DNA of 64,000 nt from Dudresnaya verticillata (GCA_977862235.1 OZ374559.1:806001-870000); one strand, 5' to 3'. Counted from the first letter of the stretch, positions 28,401 through 40,455 are shown. The notes: a model not told the origin generated them from the letters alone. Program-made: numbers and translations.

Positions 28401-30123
28401 TATGGACGGCATCTGGAATCATAGTTATGCGCATTGGTTCAACTTTGGCCGGCGGCCCTGGACCTAGCCGGGCCCGAAACACGTCACGAAACTCTGCCAA
28501 CATGTGTTCCAACTTGCCCTTTCCAGCGTTTGAGATTCCACGTTCGACAGCGGATGACACCATTCCCTGGAGTGCCTGCTCAAGTTCCTGCTTGGTGTCT
28601 ACACCCAACTCCGTTCGTTGTTCAGATAGACCAGCCTCATCCGAATTCTCCGCGGCGCGGTCTGAATGAAACACACCTGAAGAGAGAATTCTTGCAATAG
28701 AACCTTCGGGGTAGTCCCTATCCATGACCTCGGAAGCGTCAACGTCTCCACGATATCTATCACATGCCGCCTCCATGACCTTCTTCGTGTTAAGTCCTAA
28801 AGCCTCTTGTATTGGCCTGCCCAGTAGCGGTTCGTCCACGTGTTCAACGGCAACGAACCAGCGAAGGTTCCGAATCATCAGCGACTTTCCATGCCTGATA
28901 TGCAGTTCAATATTCATGACAACCTCCCGGTTTCAACTCACAAATAATTCAGATGCGGCGAATGCGAACTTCTTAGGGGTGCTGAATTCCCGCACAGTCA
29001 TCTCTGCTCGTCGTTCAACAAGCTCGAAGAATACATCAGATGGGAGCAAGTTGATGTCTGAACCCCCATCAGCACATAACTTTGCATGAACCATCTTAGC
29101 AAAAGTAACTCCCATTATCGTAGAATTTTTATCCTCATCACCATATCTTTGCCCTTCCTTACATGATATCTGCTTGGCTTTCTGCCGCTTAGTCTCCATC
29201 AGCTCTCGAATTAGCTCCTTAGCTCTTTCAGGACTCGTCTTTGGGCATTTGCGCACACCACCCTTGTGTTTTATACCCTTGGATTTACAGTCCTCATTGA
29301 GGCACAGCAGCTCTGGAGAATTGATATCACTTGAATCGCTCTTGATTTTCGTCTTTGACGAAGAACTGCCTTTCTCCTTTCCATCGCGGCCACCCTTCGA
29401 CGCGTTTTGTAGGACATTCTTGTCATTACGTCCTCGGCCAGGGTTTAAACGAGCCTGGATTACGGATTCCTTCCGAAGCATAACTACATACGCTTTGACA
29501 TCCTTAGCAATTCCAGGCTGATATTCTAGTCGGGATTCCATTGCTGTTTTAAGATGAGCGGGATACAAGCGCTCCTGGAGCAACTTGACGGTCTTTTTCG
29601 GATTACGATCCTTGAAATCCCCATATCCGACACCTTCTAGACGTTGGAAGACACTGTGGACGTACTGCAATACTCGAGCCTTGGGGTCCACAATAGACAT
29701 GGGCATACGAACATCTTTCAATGCTTCCTCTATGACCCTCGGGTCAATATCCTCATCTTTCTTCTTTGCCACAATTCCTTTTACATACGATTCAATATGA
29801 GCACAAGTAAGCTCGGCAAATCCGACACCTTCTGCGACATCTTCCATTTCTCCGAGTCCATGTAGCGTCTTCAATAAGCTTCGGTCCACCGAAACCTTGA
29901 AAGACGCAACCGACATGGAGGGAACCTCCTTCTGCTTCTCGACCACCTCATCAACGTAGCGCTCCCGCTCCCTCATGAACAATGAAACCTTGATAGGATC
30001 AATACTCCTCAGAACTGGATGCTGAACTGGGGCAAATAGAGCACTAGCTCCAAGCTCACGTGAAGTTGCAGAAATTTCGCCATCCTCTTCATCGCCTGAC
30101 CCTCTTCTTGTGACAGGCGGCAT
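25445..30123 (-). pseudogene. Disrupted gag-pol polyprotein
   Basis: ORF pieces 28933..30123, 28354..28917, 28109..28399, 26522..28105 and 25550..26515. In-frame stops near 28933, 28109 (GY*Q for GYWQ), 26522 and 25550, plus one frameshift near 28400. Confidence 0.9.
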
Positions 30124-30211
30124 TTTGAACAGAGTGTTCCAATCGCTCTCCGAGCGATAAAGTCAGCACACAACACGTTCTGGTCCCCTGCAGGTATAGA
30201 ACAGAAATTTC

Positions 30212-30631
30212 TATAAACTCCGTGGCGTGTTCTTGATACTTCCTTGAAAACTGTGTTGCCCCTTCTCGACCTTCCGCCGAGATGGAGCAGTCTTTATACT
30301 AATCCTTGTTCGTGCTCCTCCCCAGAGCAGTAGAGTGAGGAGTAGAACTGTTACTATTCATTTCTAGAACAGTAGCCCGTAGGAACCTAAACAGTACTCT
30401 ACAAGCTGAATACTACCACAATCTAGATAATGGTCTGCGAGCGATTGCCTGCCGTAACGTAAGTAATACTATACAAGCGGTAGTGCACAGCAGAGAAAAC
30501 AATACCCTGCAAGCAGTAACTCCCAGCAACGGATACAGTACTCTACAAATTGAGTGCTCGTTTCAGAGCTTAAAGAAAACACCGTTCGTTCCACGAACAC
30601 ACCGTTCGTTCAACGAACGGAGTAATTCGTG
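30212..30631 (-). repeat. 5' LTR of the Gypsy element, truncated
   Basis: TATAAACTCCGTGGCG... aligns with 24980 onward, with a few substitutions and a ~20-bp internal duplication. Homology stops about 33 bp short of the ...CTCTCTACA end. No target-site duplication. Confidence 0.88.
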
Positions 30632-33101
30632 TGCTGTAAAGCCTGTACGGAAATGAAAAGGTACTACTAAGGATAGAGAGCAATGCCGATCGTTCTACGG
30701 TTTATCGATCATAAGCTATCAACCATACTTTCGTCGATACTCTGTTATATATATCGTATGAGCAATCCCGATATGCCATCAGGATGAATGCGCTCAAGCC
30801 AACGAGAACAGGACCAACGCAGAATGTTCGAGGCCTCCATATAAGGACATTAACAGTCCTAGAGCCACCAATCTACCGTGGTAAGTTCCGTCCTTTCTCT
30901 TCAGAGTTGTTCTCTGAGTCGAAAGGAGACGCTGGTCATTTACAGTGTGAACCTTCAGAATATGAGTAATGCTCTACCAACAGATCACTTCCTCAGTCCC
31001 GAGGCGACTGACTACACTGACGTTATTAATCGCCTTAGTGCTCTTCAACTCGCCGGAAGAGCACCACTTTGGCCCCGATCGGGGTTCGTACAACCTAATC
31101 AGACAGGCTATTTTAAACCACAGACAGTCTTGTACCGCGAGACCTACCGCAAAGACCGCCGCAACGGCAAAGAGCTGGAGTACATCCACTCAGCAGGCGC
31201 CTGGGTCGAACAGGCTCTCGAAGCGTTTGTCCACGCTGAGGTCGAGGCCGATGCTGCAAAACAGGGACGTCTCTTTAAACTTGTTTTCCTGTCTTTGGAA
31301 GGTGCCAAAGAGGTGCTGGCGATGCGCACGGCGCATTTCAAGACTGTTTTAATGAAGGGCCCTGCAATTGCTCGACAGCTGGCTGACTTGGTGGAGACAA
31401 AAGTGGTGGCACAACGGGAACAGATTCCGTCTGAAATCTATTCTTCTGTGTTTAAGGAATTATCTGCGAAGTATACTATCGAGACAGCCAAATCACTGGC
31501 TAAACAGGAGGTTGGTAACGCGGAGACAAAAGGGAGTTCCGCGAAATCCAAGGAATCCTAAACAGGGATTCGCTCGCATCGATCATGGTGGAGCCCTCCT
31601 CGTGGATGCAGTCCTGGTCACAGGGCCGTTGGTTCCACACTCAGAAGAAATCCCTTGCGTGGAAGATGATCGGAGCAACAGCTTACATCATCCGCCTGCT
31701 ACCGTACGGTATCTGGGATCCCCCGGATATTCCATTTACCGAGGGCTTAATCCTTCCACAAATACCTCAGTCACCCGAGGACCTTCGATTTGCAACCACG
31801 GACCTCGAACAAGGGTGCCAGCTGGGCTATTATCAACTCATCAGTCCGAAATATGCCAAGCGCTGCGTAAATCAAGGCAAGCTGGTGTCGTCTGCATTTG
31901 TAGAATGGCAAAAAGGGAAACCTCGCTTCGTTATCAATCTGAAAAAACAGAGTCAACATTGGCGGAAGCGTTCCGTGCAGATGGAGTCGCTGAGCTCGTT
32001 TCATCCTGCTTAGTACGGGGGGACCGCTTGCTGTCGTTCGACTGGAAGTCTGGATACCGTCATTTTCGACTACATCCACGTATGTGGGATTGGTTTATTT
32101 TCCGTTACAACGGACAGTACTACCGCTGTATAGCCCTCCCGTTCGGGTGGACGCGCAGCCCTTACTGGTTCTGCCATATACTGAGCCCTTTAACGAGATA
32201 CATGAGAGAGAAGATGGGACTAAGGGTCTTGGTCTGGATAGACGACTATCTCATAGCCCCTGGGACCGACGACAGTCCAAGCACGCCCTAGTACTGTCGC
32301 CATATCTGTCATATCCTCGACAACCTTTTTGCAAAGCTCGGGATGCTCCGCCATCCGGAAAAAGGGGTATGGGGCCCCGGTGCCACGCGAATAGAACATC
32401 TAGGAGTGATAATAGACACCGAGTCGTTTCGTTTCTACATAACGCCGCAGAAACTGGAATCAATTCATGGAATGGCATCCCTACTACTACAGCAGAGCGC
32501 TACAGGTCGTCGATATGTGAGCGAGTCACTCCTAGTCTCCTTCACGAGCAGAGCTGTATCCCAGCTGCTTCCAGTCCCCCTTGCCCGATTCTTTACCCGC
32601 TCCCTTTATACGGACCTCCGAGACCGCCCCCGACGGGGGGTTGGAAGGGGACGTCGCGTGTCATTGTCAAACCAATCCTTAAGGGACTACGGTCTTGGCG
32701 CACAATGCTACAGGGGGACGGACGCCTACTGTACGGCGGCCGAGATTCGTGGAACCTGCACACCGATGCCGCAGATGTCGGTTTTGGGGGCACTTTAGGG
32801 AGAGACCTCACACCCGGGGCACCAGGATCTATCGAGGTGCAGGGCGTTTGGTCTCCGTTCCGGCGATTACAATCAATCAACCTACGAGAGCTAGTGGCCG
32901 TCAGAAAATCCCTAGAGGACGCAGCAGTATCGGCGGTACTAACAGAATGCAACAAAAGAATATTGTTGCACGTAGACAACCAGGTCGTCCTGAGAGTTAT
33001 CACCAACATGGTTTCGTCCAGTCCGGTACTAATGGACGAACTCCGCAGGCTACACCACCTTCTAGAACGGATGAAAATCCGTTCTAGAAGGTGGTGTAGC
33101 C
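30632..33101 (+). mobile_element. Truncated DIRS-type (tyrosine-recombinase order) retrotransposon: gag-like ORF plus RT/RNase H; no recombinase or termini visible
   Basis: RT motifs KPRFVINLK, SFDWKSGYRHF, YRCIALPFGWTRSP, VWIDDYLI, IEHLGVIIDT. DIRS-type RNase H LHTDAADVGFGG, INLRELVAV, LHVDNQVV. Frameshifts and stops are present. Confidence 0.88.
30962..31561 (+). CDS. Gag-like ORF1 of the DIRS element (199 aa)
   Basis: Intact ATG-initiated helical ORF (MSNALPTDHF...) lying directly before the RT frame. The assignment is positional. Confidence 0.6.
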   Translation: MSNALPTDHFLSPEATDYTDVINRLSALQLAGRAPLWPRSGFVQPNQTGYFKPQTVLYRETYRKDRRNGKELEYIHSAGAWVEQALEAFVHAEVEADAAKQGRLFKLVFLSLEGAKEVLAMRTAHFKTVLMKGPAIARQLADLVETKVVAQREQIPSEIYSSVFKELSAKYTIETAKSLAKQEVGNAETKGSSAKSKES

Positions 33102-33102
33102 C

Positions 33103-36100
33103 GAGACATGAGTGCACGGCAAGGTAGAATCTTGGTACTCATGTAAGGGAACAAAGCGACCGGAGCAAGCCAGAACAGGAGCCACAATAGGCGTTGCCAG
33201 GGAAGATCGTGGTGAATGCTGCCCGTCCAAGACAGACGATAGAAACCCAAGTGTCAGGCAAGATACGGGTACCACGTCGTGAATCAGGGAACGTAGAAAA
33301 TGTTTAAGGAGGCTCAAGGCTGCTTCAGGAAATCAAAGGCCTTACGCAGCCGTTCAACACGAGATGAGTTGCGTCCTGCTGAACACAGAACATGATGTGC
33401 GGTGTTCCGCACGGCAACTCAGAACAGTATTGCTGCGCAATGCAAGGCGCATTCCCACACAACGTGTAGTACCAAAAGGATGCCCTGTCCTGAGTTCATG
33501 GTGGTTCTGCTTCCATTGTTGAGCCTCCTTTCGATCCAGCTCCACTCTATTAGATGGCAACCGCAAAACAGGATTACAGCACAATACTCTAATCCGTATC
33601 ATGAGATTGTATCGTGAATGTAGCCGGCTTAGAGCACGTGGCAGTTGCTGAACAGTTGCCACAGTGTGCCAACCTACACAACCGTAGAGCGCTAGAGCAA
33701 ACGTTCGAAGACGAGCCAAACAAGCGACATGCATCCGGTCTCACTACGGACAAATTTAAATTGCCTTGTCTCGAGTCAGCTACTGCTAGTTTCAGTTTTA
33801 CTGGCTTCTCGAACGCCTTTGGAGCCCGTGTTCTCAACGTACGGAGGAGAATGGGCTCATGCTTTGAGCAAGTCACCCATCTCTGAGATAATGTCTTCTT
33901 GAAACGCAACCTTGGCACTTTGTAATGAATGTTGTAAACCTAAAGGGAAGGGAGATGAACGGTTCACAGCTGCAGATACTGAATCCTAGCGCATTACTCA
34001 GAGTTTGAGCCGGAGAACACTGTAGTTACAACATATATGCGTAAATGTCCCCATCTCATCTCTGTAGTTACAACACCAACTTCAATTTGGGTACCCCAAC
34101 GGAAGAAAGTAGGGGGCTCTTTATACCCTCTCACGTTAGTTTCCATCAACTTCCAAGACAATCTTGAAGATTCTTTCCCGCCAAGTAAATTGTTAACGTT
34201 TGTAGTTGTTCACTTATCACCTCCCACAATAAGAAGAATGGACTATACGGCTTCTGAAAGAACGAGCTTTCTAAAGCCTCTTCGGCGAATGCCATGTGTG
34301 GAGGAAAATACACCGATGTGTCGAAGGTACCGAAATCTAAAGAACGTGTCACAACACACCATTCAATGGTACTCATGACCTTGCACGGCACTAGTTCGCT
34401 GCATTTGTAACATGTGGCGGAAATGGAACAGAATGCAATAAACACTCAGCTAAGAAGGAATGTGCCGGAACAGAATATTAAGGTTCCGCTTCACTATATA
34501 AATCTCCAGCTACCATCGGCACAAGTGGGGAAGAGAATCCACAAGCAATTTCCAAGATCTGAACAAGAACAACAACTAAAGAACGCAGCAAGCCCTAACC
34601 TCAGTTTTCAGAAGTTATCGACCGGTACCCAAAATGTATTTCCGTCTTGCAATTCTTGTCGCCCTCCTCTTGGCTCCTTTCTCATCTGCTATTAAGTGTC
34701 CCGGGAACGGAATTTGCCTGCCTCGTCACCTCTGCTATGCTCAAGGTCGTCGTCCGCTGCACGGGAACTACTGTGGAGGTCAAGCTGGGGTTGAATGCTG
34801 CCCGGGCTACAGGCCTCGAAGATGTTACTATCGAATTCTTCACTACCACATCCCAGGAGTTTGCCAACCGTCGGCCACATGCAGAGGGAGTGGCAGATTC
34901 TCCGCATCCTCTCCCAGTTGCAGTGGGATAAATCAGTGCTGTGTCGGATCTTCATTGTTGCAACCAACACCACCGCCCACGAGGCCTCCAACTATCAGTC
35001 CCGTTGCTATTCATTTTCTGGGTGACCCGTTGTCAGAATGAGTGATACCCGTGCAAGAGGCGCAAGAGGCGCAAGAGGCGCAAGAGTAACAACCTTCAAA
35101 TTGCAGGTAGAACAATGAGTTGATGAAGTTTGTCTTCAGCTCGCAATCTAGGCAGTCCATCGATAATTATTCCTCAGAATTGGTGTGGTGCTTACCACCA
35201 CAATTATGAGGAATAAGCCATGGTAAGAAGTCATTTGGATTACATCTCTGTTGGGTCGTAAACTTTGGTTGCTTTTTGGAGGTTAGTCATGCGACAGGTA
35301 GTGTTGAACATTAAGAAATGTTTTGTGCGCATGAGAAACTGGTTTCTATGAGCTAGCGCTCTGTGACCTTAGGATACCAGGTTACGCGACATATTAAGAC
35401 GGAGGCACCGTGACTCACGCTTGACTCACGGTCCGTGAGTGGTATCTTTCGAATGCGAAATCTGATCCATTTATCGAGTATAGCGAGGCTTGTTTCCTGT
35501 GATTCTTTGGTTCCAAGACGATAACAACTCTGTACATTGTGAAACACCAGTTGCTCGTGTAGCGCCACATTAAATAACGAGAAGAAATCTTCGTTATAAC
35601 AGACTTTGCTGTGTGTTGACCACAATGCACAGAGTTGTTATGGTCTTTGAACTTTTTGAACCAAAGTATCACGGGAAACAAGCCTTGCAATAGTCGAGAA
35701 ATGTATGAAAATGGCAACCGACCCAAAAAAGGCCGTTCGAAAGCGGAATGGGAGCGGGAGACAAAGTGTGGTACTGGTACAATATACCGGCGTTAAAAGG
35801 GCACCAGAAGGAAGCTCACGTCAGAGTAATGGAGGGGGAGAAACTGTGCTTTTTCTGCTCCAACAGCAACGTAAGCTTTGGCTTCTCCCTAACTTCACAC
35901 TATCTTAGTCTCACCCCAATAAAACTGGGCTAGATGGCAGCAGAGATAGTAAGAAGAGGGGTGGCTATTGAGTATTTATCCTGTTGTGGTTTGGCTGTTG
36001 ATGAGCTAAGTTGCGCACTGATGCTGTACTATTCATTTTCTTTTATGTGGTCCTGCTCGTGAACCATGGCCTCATGTGCAGGTATTGTATGGTTTTACTG

Positions 36101-36120
36101 CAACAACGAAATCAGCAATT
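33103..36120. repeat. Segmental duplication, copy 1 (type B unit); partner at 40660-~43760
   Basis: ORFs recur at +7557 (33354/40911, 34037/41594, 34634/42191). Near-identical to ~35355, diverged beyond. Confidence 0.93.
34634..35041 (+). CDS. Secreted double defensin-like protein, type B (135 aa; basic tail cut off by a 22-bp insertion)
   Basis: Same signal peptide and 12 Cys as type A. Tail homology (PCKRRKRRKRRKSNNLQIA) continues out of frame after the stop. Confidence 0.8.
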   Translation: MYFRLAILVALLLAPFSSAIKCPGNGICLPRHLCYAQGRRPLHGNYCGGQAGVECCPGYRPRRCYYRILHYHIPGVCQPSATCRGSGRFSASSPSCSGINQCCVGSSLLQPTPPPTRPPTISPVAIHFLGDPLSE

Positions 36121-37019
36121 GCCTTGCGTAACGGAGAAACAGGCTTACTGCAATACATCAAAACCTTAAGATTCCAGCTGTATTGACTTGATAAAGACAT
36201 TCAAACCGCTTTCTCGGACGTCCTCTATAGCATTGTAAGAAAATGTAGATCAATATCAAAAAGGACGCCCGACGCAACTTTATTTGAAACTCGACTAAAA
36301 GAAGAGAGGAGCAAACGAGAACATAACCAGGATGGGATACAGTGTTAGAACAAAACAAGAAGGGGAATGTTGTGAGAGTCTCAGGAATTGGAAGAGAGAA
36401 CTGGACAGATAATGCGCAACTACCAAAGCCCGATGATAGTTGCAACTTTTTTCCAAACACATGCTGTAATCTCTACAAGTTCTAGACTAGATCACTCTTG
36501 TCTAGATAACATGCGACACAACTTGGTATGCATAAGCATAAAAGGACAAGACTGAAACAATTGCTTCAGGCTTGTCCATTGCTTCAACAATGTTTGAATT
36601 CTATGTTCAACTGCCTAATACTTTCGATTTAAGGATATCCTCAAGTCATATAGTCTGAACGAAACATTAACATATAAACTGCGCTCTACACGCTCGGCAG
36701 TGACACTTGAACAATGGCTAGGGCTGTTGCAATTGTATTCTTCTGTTATAACACCTCTCTAGTATCTATACGTCTACGTGATCACGGAAGGCAGATGCTG
36801 GCTAGACTAGCTCATCCAAGAAAGAGAAAACTTGGAAGACTTTAAAGACGCAAACAGGAGTTTGAGCTGAAAAGCAAAGAGTTGGGGAGCGCTGCGTGCC
36901 AGCATTTGATTGGCTGGTGTGACAATAGCAACGCAGCGATGCAATCGTATTGGTTGGAATTTAGGTTTATTGAATTTAAGTGAATATTGTTGAATATAAT
37001 GGGTTTATTTAGACTTGAG

Positions 37020-37871
37020 CATCAGCATCATCATCATCATCACAACTTTATTGATTTTAAGACGAGCAGCGGGAGACCCTAATGACTTACCCGCTGATGG
37101 CTACTGGAAGGCCTGGACAAACTGGACGTCTACGAATCACTACGAGGGCGGCCAGTTGGAGAATGCGGAAACAAGGGGTGACACTACCGACTTGCCCCTC
37201 ACATGGCGCGCAGTGATGCGCACATGTGAATCGGAGACCTCTATTTCCGGAGAAAGAGGAGAAAGAGGACGAACGCTCACAGAGCGCAATTGAAACAAGA
37301 AAACGGAGAAGACAAGAGCAGACATCCCTACCATTTTCTAGATACGGGCTGCTCAAAAATTGAGAAAGGACCAACCGCGTCATCTCAGCGGAGCATCCAG
37401 TCCCTAACAAACTGGCAGAACCATTGGCATGATCCATGCGCTCGAAGTGAAGGAGCGTCTCGTGCACAAGTGTTAGATTTGTGTGTTGATGTACCAACCA
37501 GTCTGGGCTACTCCCTGTTTCTGGCTGGTCTTTATACGGTAAGCAAAGTCCTACTACTACATTTTCGAACCTTTGCTTGCACGGCAGGAGAGTCCTCTCC
37601 GGGTGATAATTCCGGGGGAGTCTCCTGAAGAGCAGGGCCGGAGAGTTTCTGCACTTCTGTCATTGTCAGGTAAACTGCATTGTTGTGGTGCATGTTGACC
37701 GTGATGAGTTCGTGTCACATTGAACATCATTGTGCCAACAACAAGCCTGTTGTGAATAGAAGAGGAAAATCCATCACCATGATGATGGACGGAGACTGTA
37801 GATATGTAGTCGGGTGCCGAGGCCGCACTAACCCGGCTTTCCAGTGATAAGTACCCAATGTGGGCGAGGAT
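37020..37871 (-). mobile_element. Probable 5'-truncated non-LTR retroposon (LINE-like) fragment with (GAT)n tail
   Basis: Minus strand ends AATAAAGTTGT(GAT)n. Its 3' end matches the TSD-flanked insert at 43276-43339. It sits between blocks homologous to unit A positions ~3111 and ~3488. Confidence 0.6.
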
Positions 37872-37999
37872 GTACCACAGAATGGACTCAGTGATGGGAG
37901 AAAAGTGAAGAGTGTGGGGAAGGCGCTCCGCTGCTGTACAACTCTATTCTAATGCTCCGTTTTCTCACATGATACTCTATTCTTCAGTCGTCTCGTGCT

Positions 38000-39230
38000 C
38001 ATTCTCTCAAATACTTTTGCAGATGGCCTGCTATACCATTGCTTCCTATTATTGAGCGTGGGGACCACAACTGCGGTTGCCAATGCTGCGGGTCCCTTCA
38101 CTCAGGCATCTCACGCCCCCATTCCCTATTCAGTCATCACCGTATGTGGGAATTGGCAGGGAGCATATCGAGGCCATTGGAACATTACAACCATACTACT
38201 GAATGGTTTGTAATTCAACTCAGAACAGTAGTGCTGTGCAATGAGCATTCCCAACAAATAACATGTACAAAACGATGCACTCCCCTTTGGTTCATGGTCA
38301 TTCCTTCTACCTTCACCATTCCACCGCAATTCGATCCACTACTGCTCCACCCGACTAAATGGCAACCGCAAAACGAGGGTTACATAAGGGTACAACAGTG
38401 CGACAGCAGCACAACACATTAATCCGTATCGTGATATTGTGTCGTGAATGGTAGTCAGTTTAGAGAACGTAGCAGTTTCCGCAGTGCACCAACCGAAGAG
38501 CGCTGCAGTAAACCTCTGAAAACCAGCCAATAGCGATATGTTCAAAGTTCTCACTATCACATTCTATGGACCATAACAACCATTTGAATATCTCTTTACC
38601 TCATCTAATTCTAGTTGCAATAAGACTCGCTGCTCGAACGTCGATGCGTTCCGTGATATGAAGATACAAGGATTATGAACTCGCATTCCGAGAACGTCAA
38701 CCATCTCTGAGATACTCTTGAGACGCGATCCGTCGCACTTTGTGATGAAGGTTATGACCCTGTAGGCCAAGTAAATGAACGGTTCACAGCTAGAGATACT
38801 GAATACCTGCGCATTACGCAGCGTTTCAGCCGGAGAACGCCAAATTCTATTTCGGTACTTCAAGGGGAAAGGTAAGAGGACCTTTGTAGCCTCCCACTTT
38901 AGCTTCCACCCAATGTCGAGACAGTCTTGAGGCTTCTTTCCCGCGAAGGAAATCATGAGCTGTAGCGCCTGTATTAACCTTACACAATATAAACAAAGAT
39001 AAACGGACTGTACGGCTTCTGAAAGAACGAGCTTTCTCAAGCTTCTTCCCCAAATACCATGCGTCGAGGAAAACACGCCAATGTGTCGAAGGTGCCGAAA
39101 TCCAAACAACGTCTCACACCATTCAATTACACTCATGAGCTTGCACGGCACTAGTTCACTGCATTTGTAATCTGTTTTGCGGAAATGGAACAGAATGCAA
39201 CAGACATTCAACCGAGAAGGAATGTTCCTG
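38000..39230 (-). pseudogene. Decayed coding region, possibly LRR-like, head-to-head with the defensin-like gene; homologs in every unit (e.g. ~3600-4860, ~33350-34450)
   Basis: A long open frame in this copy (38564..39256) is broken into pieces in the A and B units. Weak LRR-like segments: IWGRSLRKLVLSE, IWRSPAETLRNAQV, CDGSRLKSISEM. Confidence 0.3.
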
Positions 39231-39395
39231 AACAAAATATTAAGGTTCCGCTTCACTATATAAATCTCCAGCTACCATCGGTACAAGTGGGGAAGACAAT
39301 CCATAATCAACTTCCAAGATCTGAACAAGAACAACAACTACAGCCCACAGCACACCCAAACCTCAGCTTTCAGAAGTTCTCGACCGGTACCCAAA

Positions 39396-39884
39396 ATGTG
39401 TTTCCGCCTTGCAATTCTTGTCGCCCTCCTCTTGGCTCCTTTTTCATCTGCTATTAAGTGTCCTAGGAACGGAATTTGCCTGCCTCGCCAGGTGTGCTAC
39501 GCTCAAGGTCTTCGTCCGCTTCGCGGGAACTACTGCGGAGGTCAAGCTGGGGTTGAATGCTGCCCGGGCTACAGGCCTCGAAGATGTTACTATCGAATTC
39601 TTAAATACAACATCCCAGGTGTTTGCCAACCGTCGTTCACGTGCAAAGGAACGGGTGCATTCTCCGTATCGTCTCCCAGCTGCAGTGGGATAAACCAGTG
39701 CTGTGTCGCATCTTCGTTGTTGCAGCCAACACCGCGGCCTACGAGGCCTCCAGCTACCGATGGCGGTGCTACTCCTTTTATATACGACCCGTGCAACCCG
39801 AGGCGCAAGACTAAGACTAAGACTAAGACCGTTCAAGTTGCATGTAGAGCCAAAGAATTCATGAAACGTGTCTTCAGCTCGTAA
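39396..39884 (+). CDS. Secreted double defensin-like protein, type C (162 aa)
   Basis: Signal peptide, 12+2 conserved Cys, longer linker, tail PCNPRRKTKTKTKTVQVACRAKEFMKRVFSS. Confidence 0.85.
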   Translation: MCFRLAILVALLLAPFSSAIKCPRNGICLPRQVCYAQGLRPLRGNYCGGQAGVECCPGYRPRRCYYRILKYNIPGVCQPSFTCKGTGAFSVSSPSCSGINQCCVASSLLQPTPRPTRPPATDGGATPFIYDPCNPRRKTKTKTKTVQVACRAKEFMKRVFSS

Positions 39885-40455
39885 TCTCCGCATTCTATCG
39901 ATGATTGTTCCTCATAATTGGTGTGGTAAGAAATTGTTGGGATTGCATCTCTGTGCGGTCGTGGTGGACTGTTGTTGCTTTTCTCTACTTTGAGAATAAA
40001 GGGATACCTGCTGTTGTTGCTTTTCTGAAGGCAATAGTCCTGCGACAGTTTGTATTTAATTTTTGAGAAATGACTTGTCTGCAGCGGCGACCGTAGCAAC
40101 TGGTTGTTGTTCTATATGGTCTCCCCGCATCTTCTCGCACTTTCCAAGAGCGATCACGGGATTCCCGTCTCCTCTCTCAGTTTTCCCAGCATGACCTTGC
40201 AGGTGAGCGGGATCATTTTCGCATGGACATATTTGTTGATGATGGAAGCTCCGCCCACTGTCTGCAAGGCGACGACGTTTTTGTTAGCCCTGACTCTATT
40301 CTTGGCTCCACCCCATGGACCGCGTTTGCGGTCAAGCCATCTATTCTCGCCAACTTCAGAGCACAAAAATTATCGCAGGCCAAAACCTAGTATCTCAATA
40401 TTGCAACATGGGAGAGAGTTTGTCTATTTTACGAAGTGCCTGGCTACGGCATGGT

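Larger units (their letters stand above)
24980..30631 (-). mobile_element. Chromodomain-bearing Ty3/Gypsy LTR retrotransposon, decayed, outer end of 5' LTR lost
   Basis: Two LTRs. Gag, then protease (CADGGSDINL), RT (YRMTFDLRRVN, IDFCAGY*Q, LQGGMNA, WLDD), RNase H (FTDAS, EKEAYAV, TDHRNL), integrase (HCGDVGH..CLHC, HFDF, SDQGSHF, VNGTVE) and chromodomain (VQWLG..DWTWQ). Domain order PR-RT-RH-INT is Gypsy-type. Confidence 0.95.

Noticed and set aside
28930..28936. In-frame stop after gag-protease as programmed readthrough
   Set aside because: It lies within or after the protease region, and the element has three other stops and a frameshift, so decay is the simpler explanation.
30190..30211. 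Tf1-like self-priming site next to the 5' LTR
   Set aside because: The TAGAACAG match within the LTR is in direct rather than complementary orientation; no convincing pairing found by eye.
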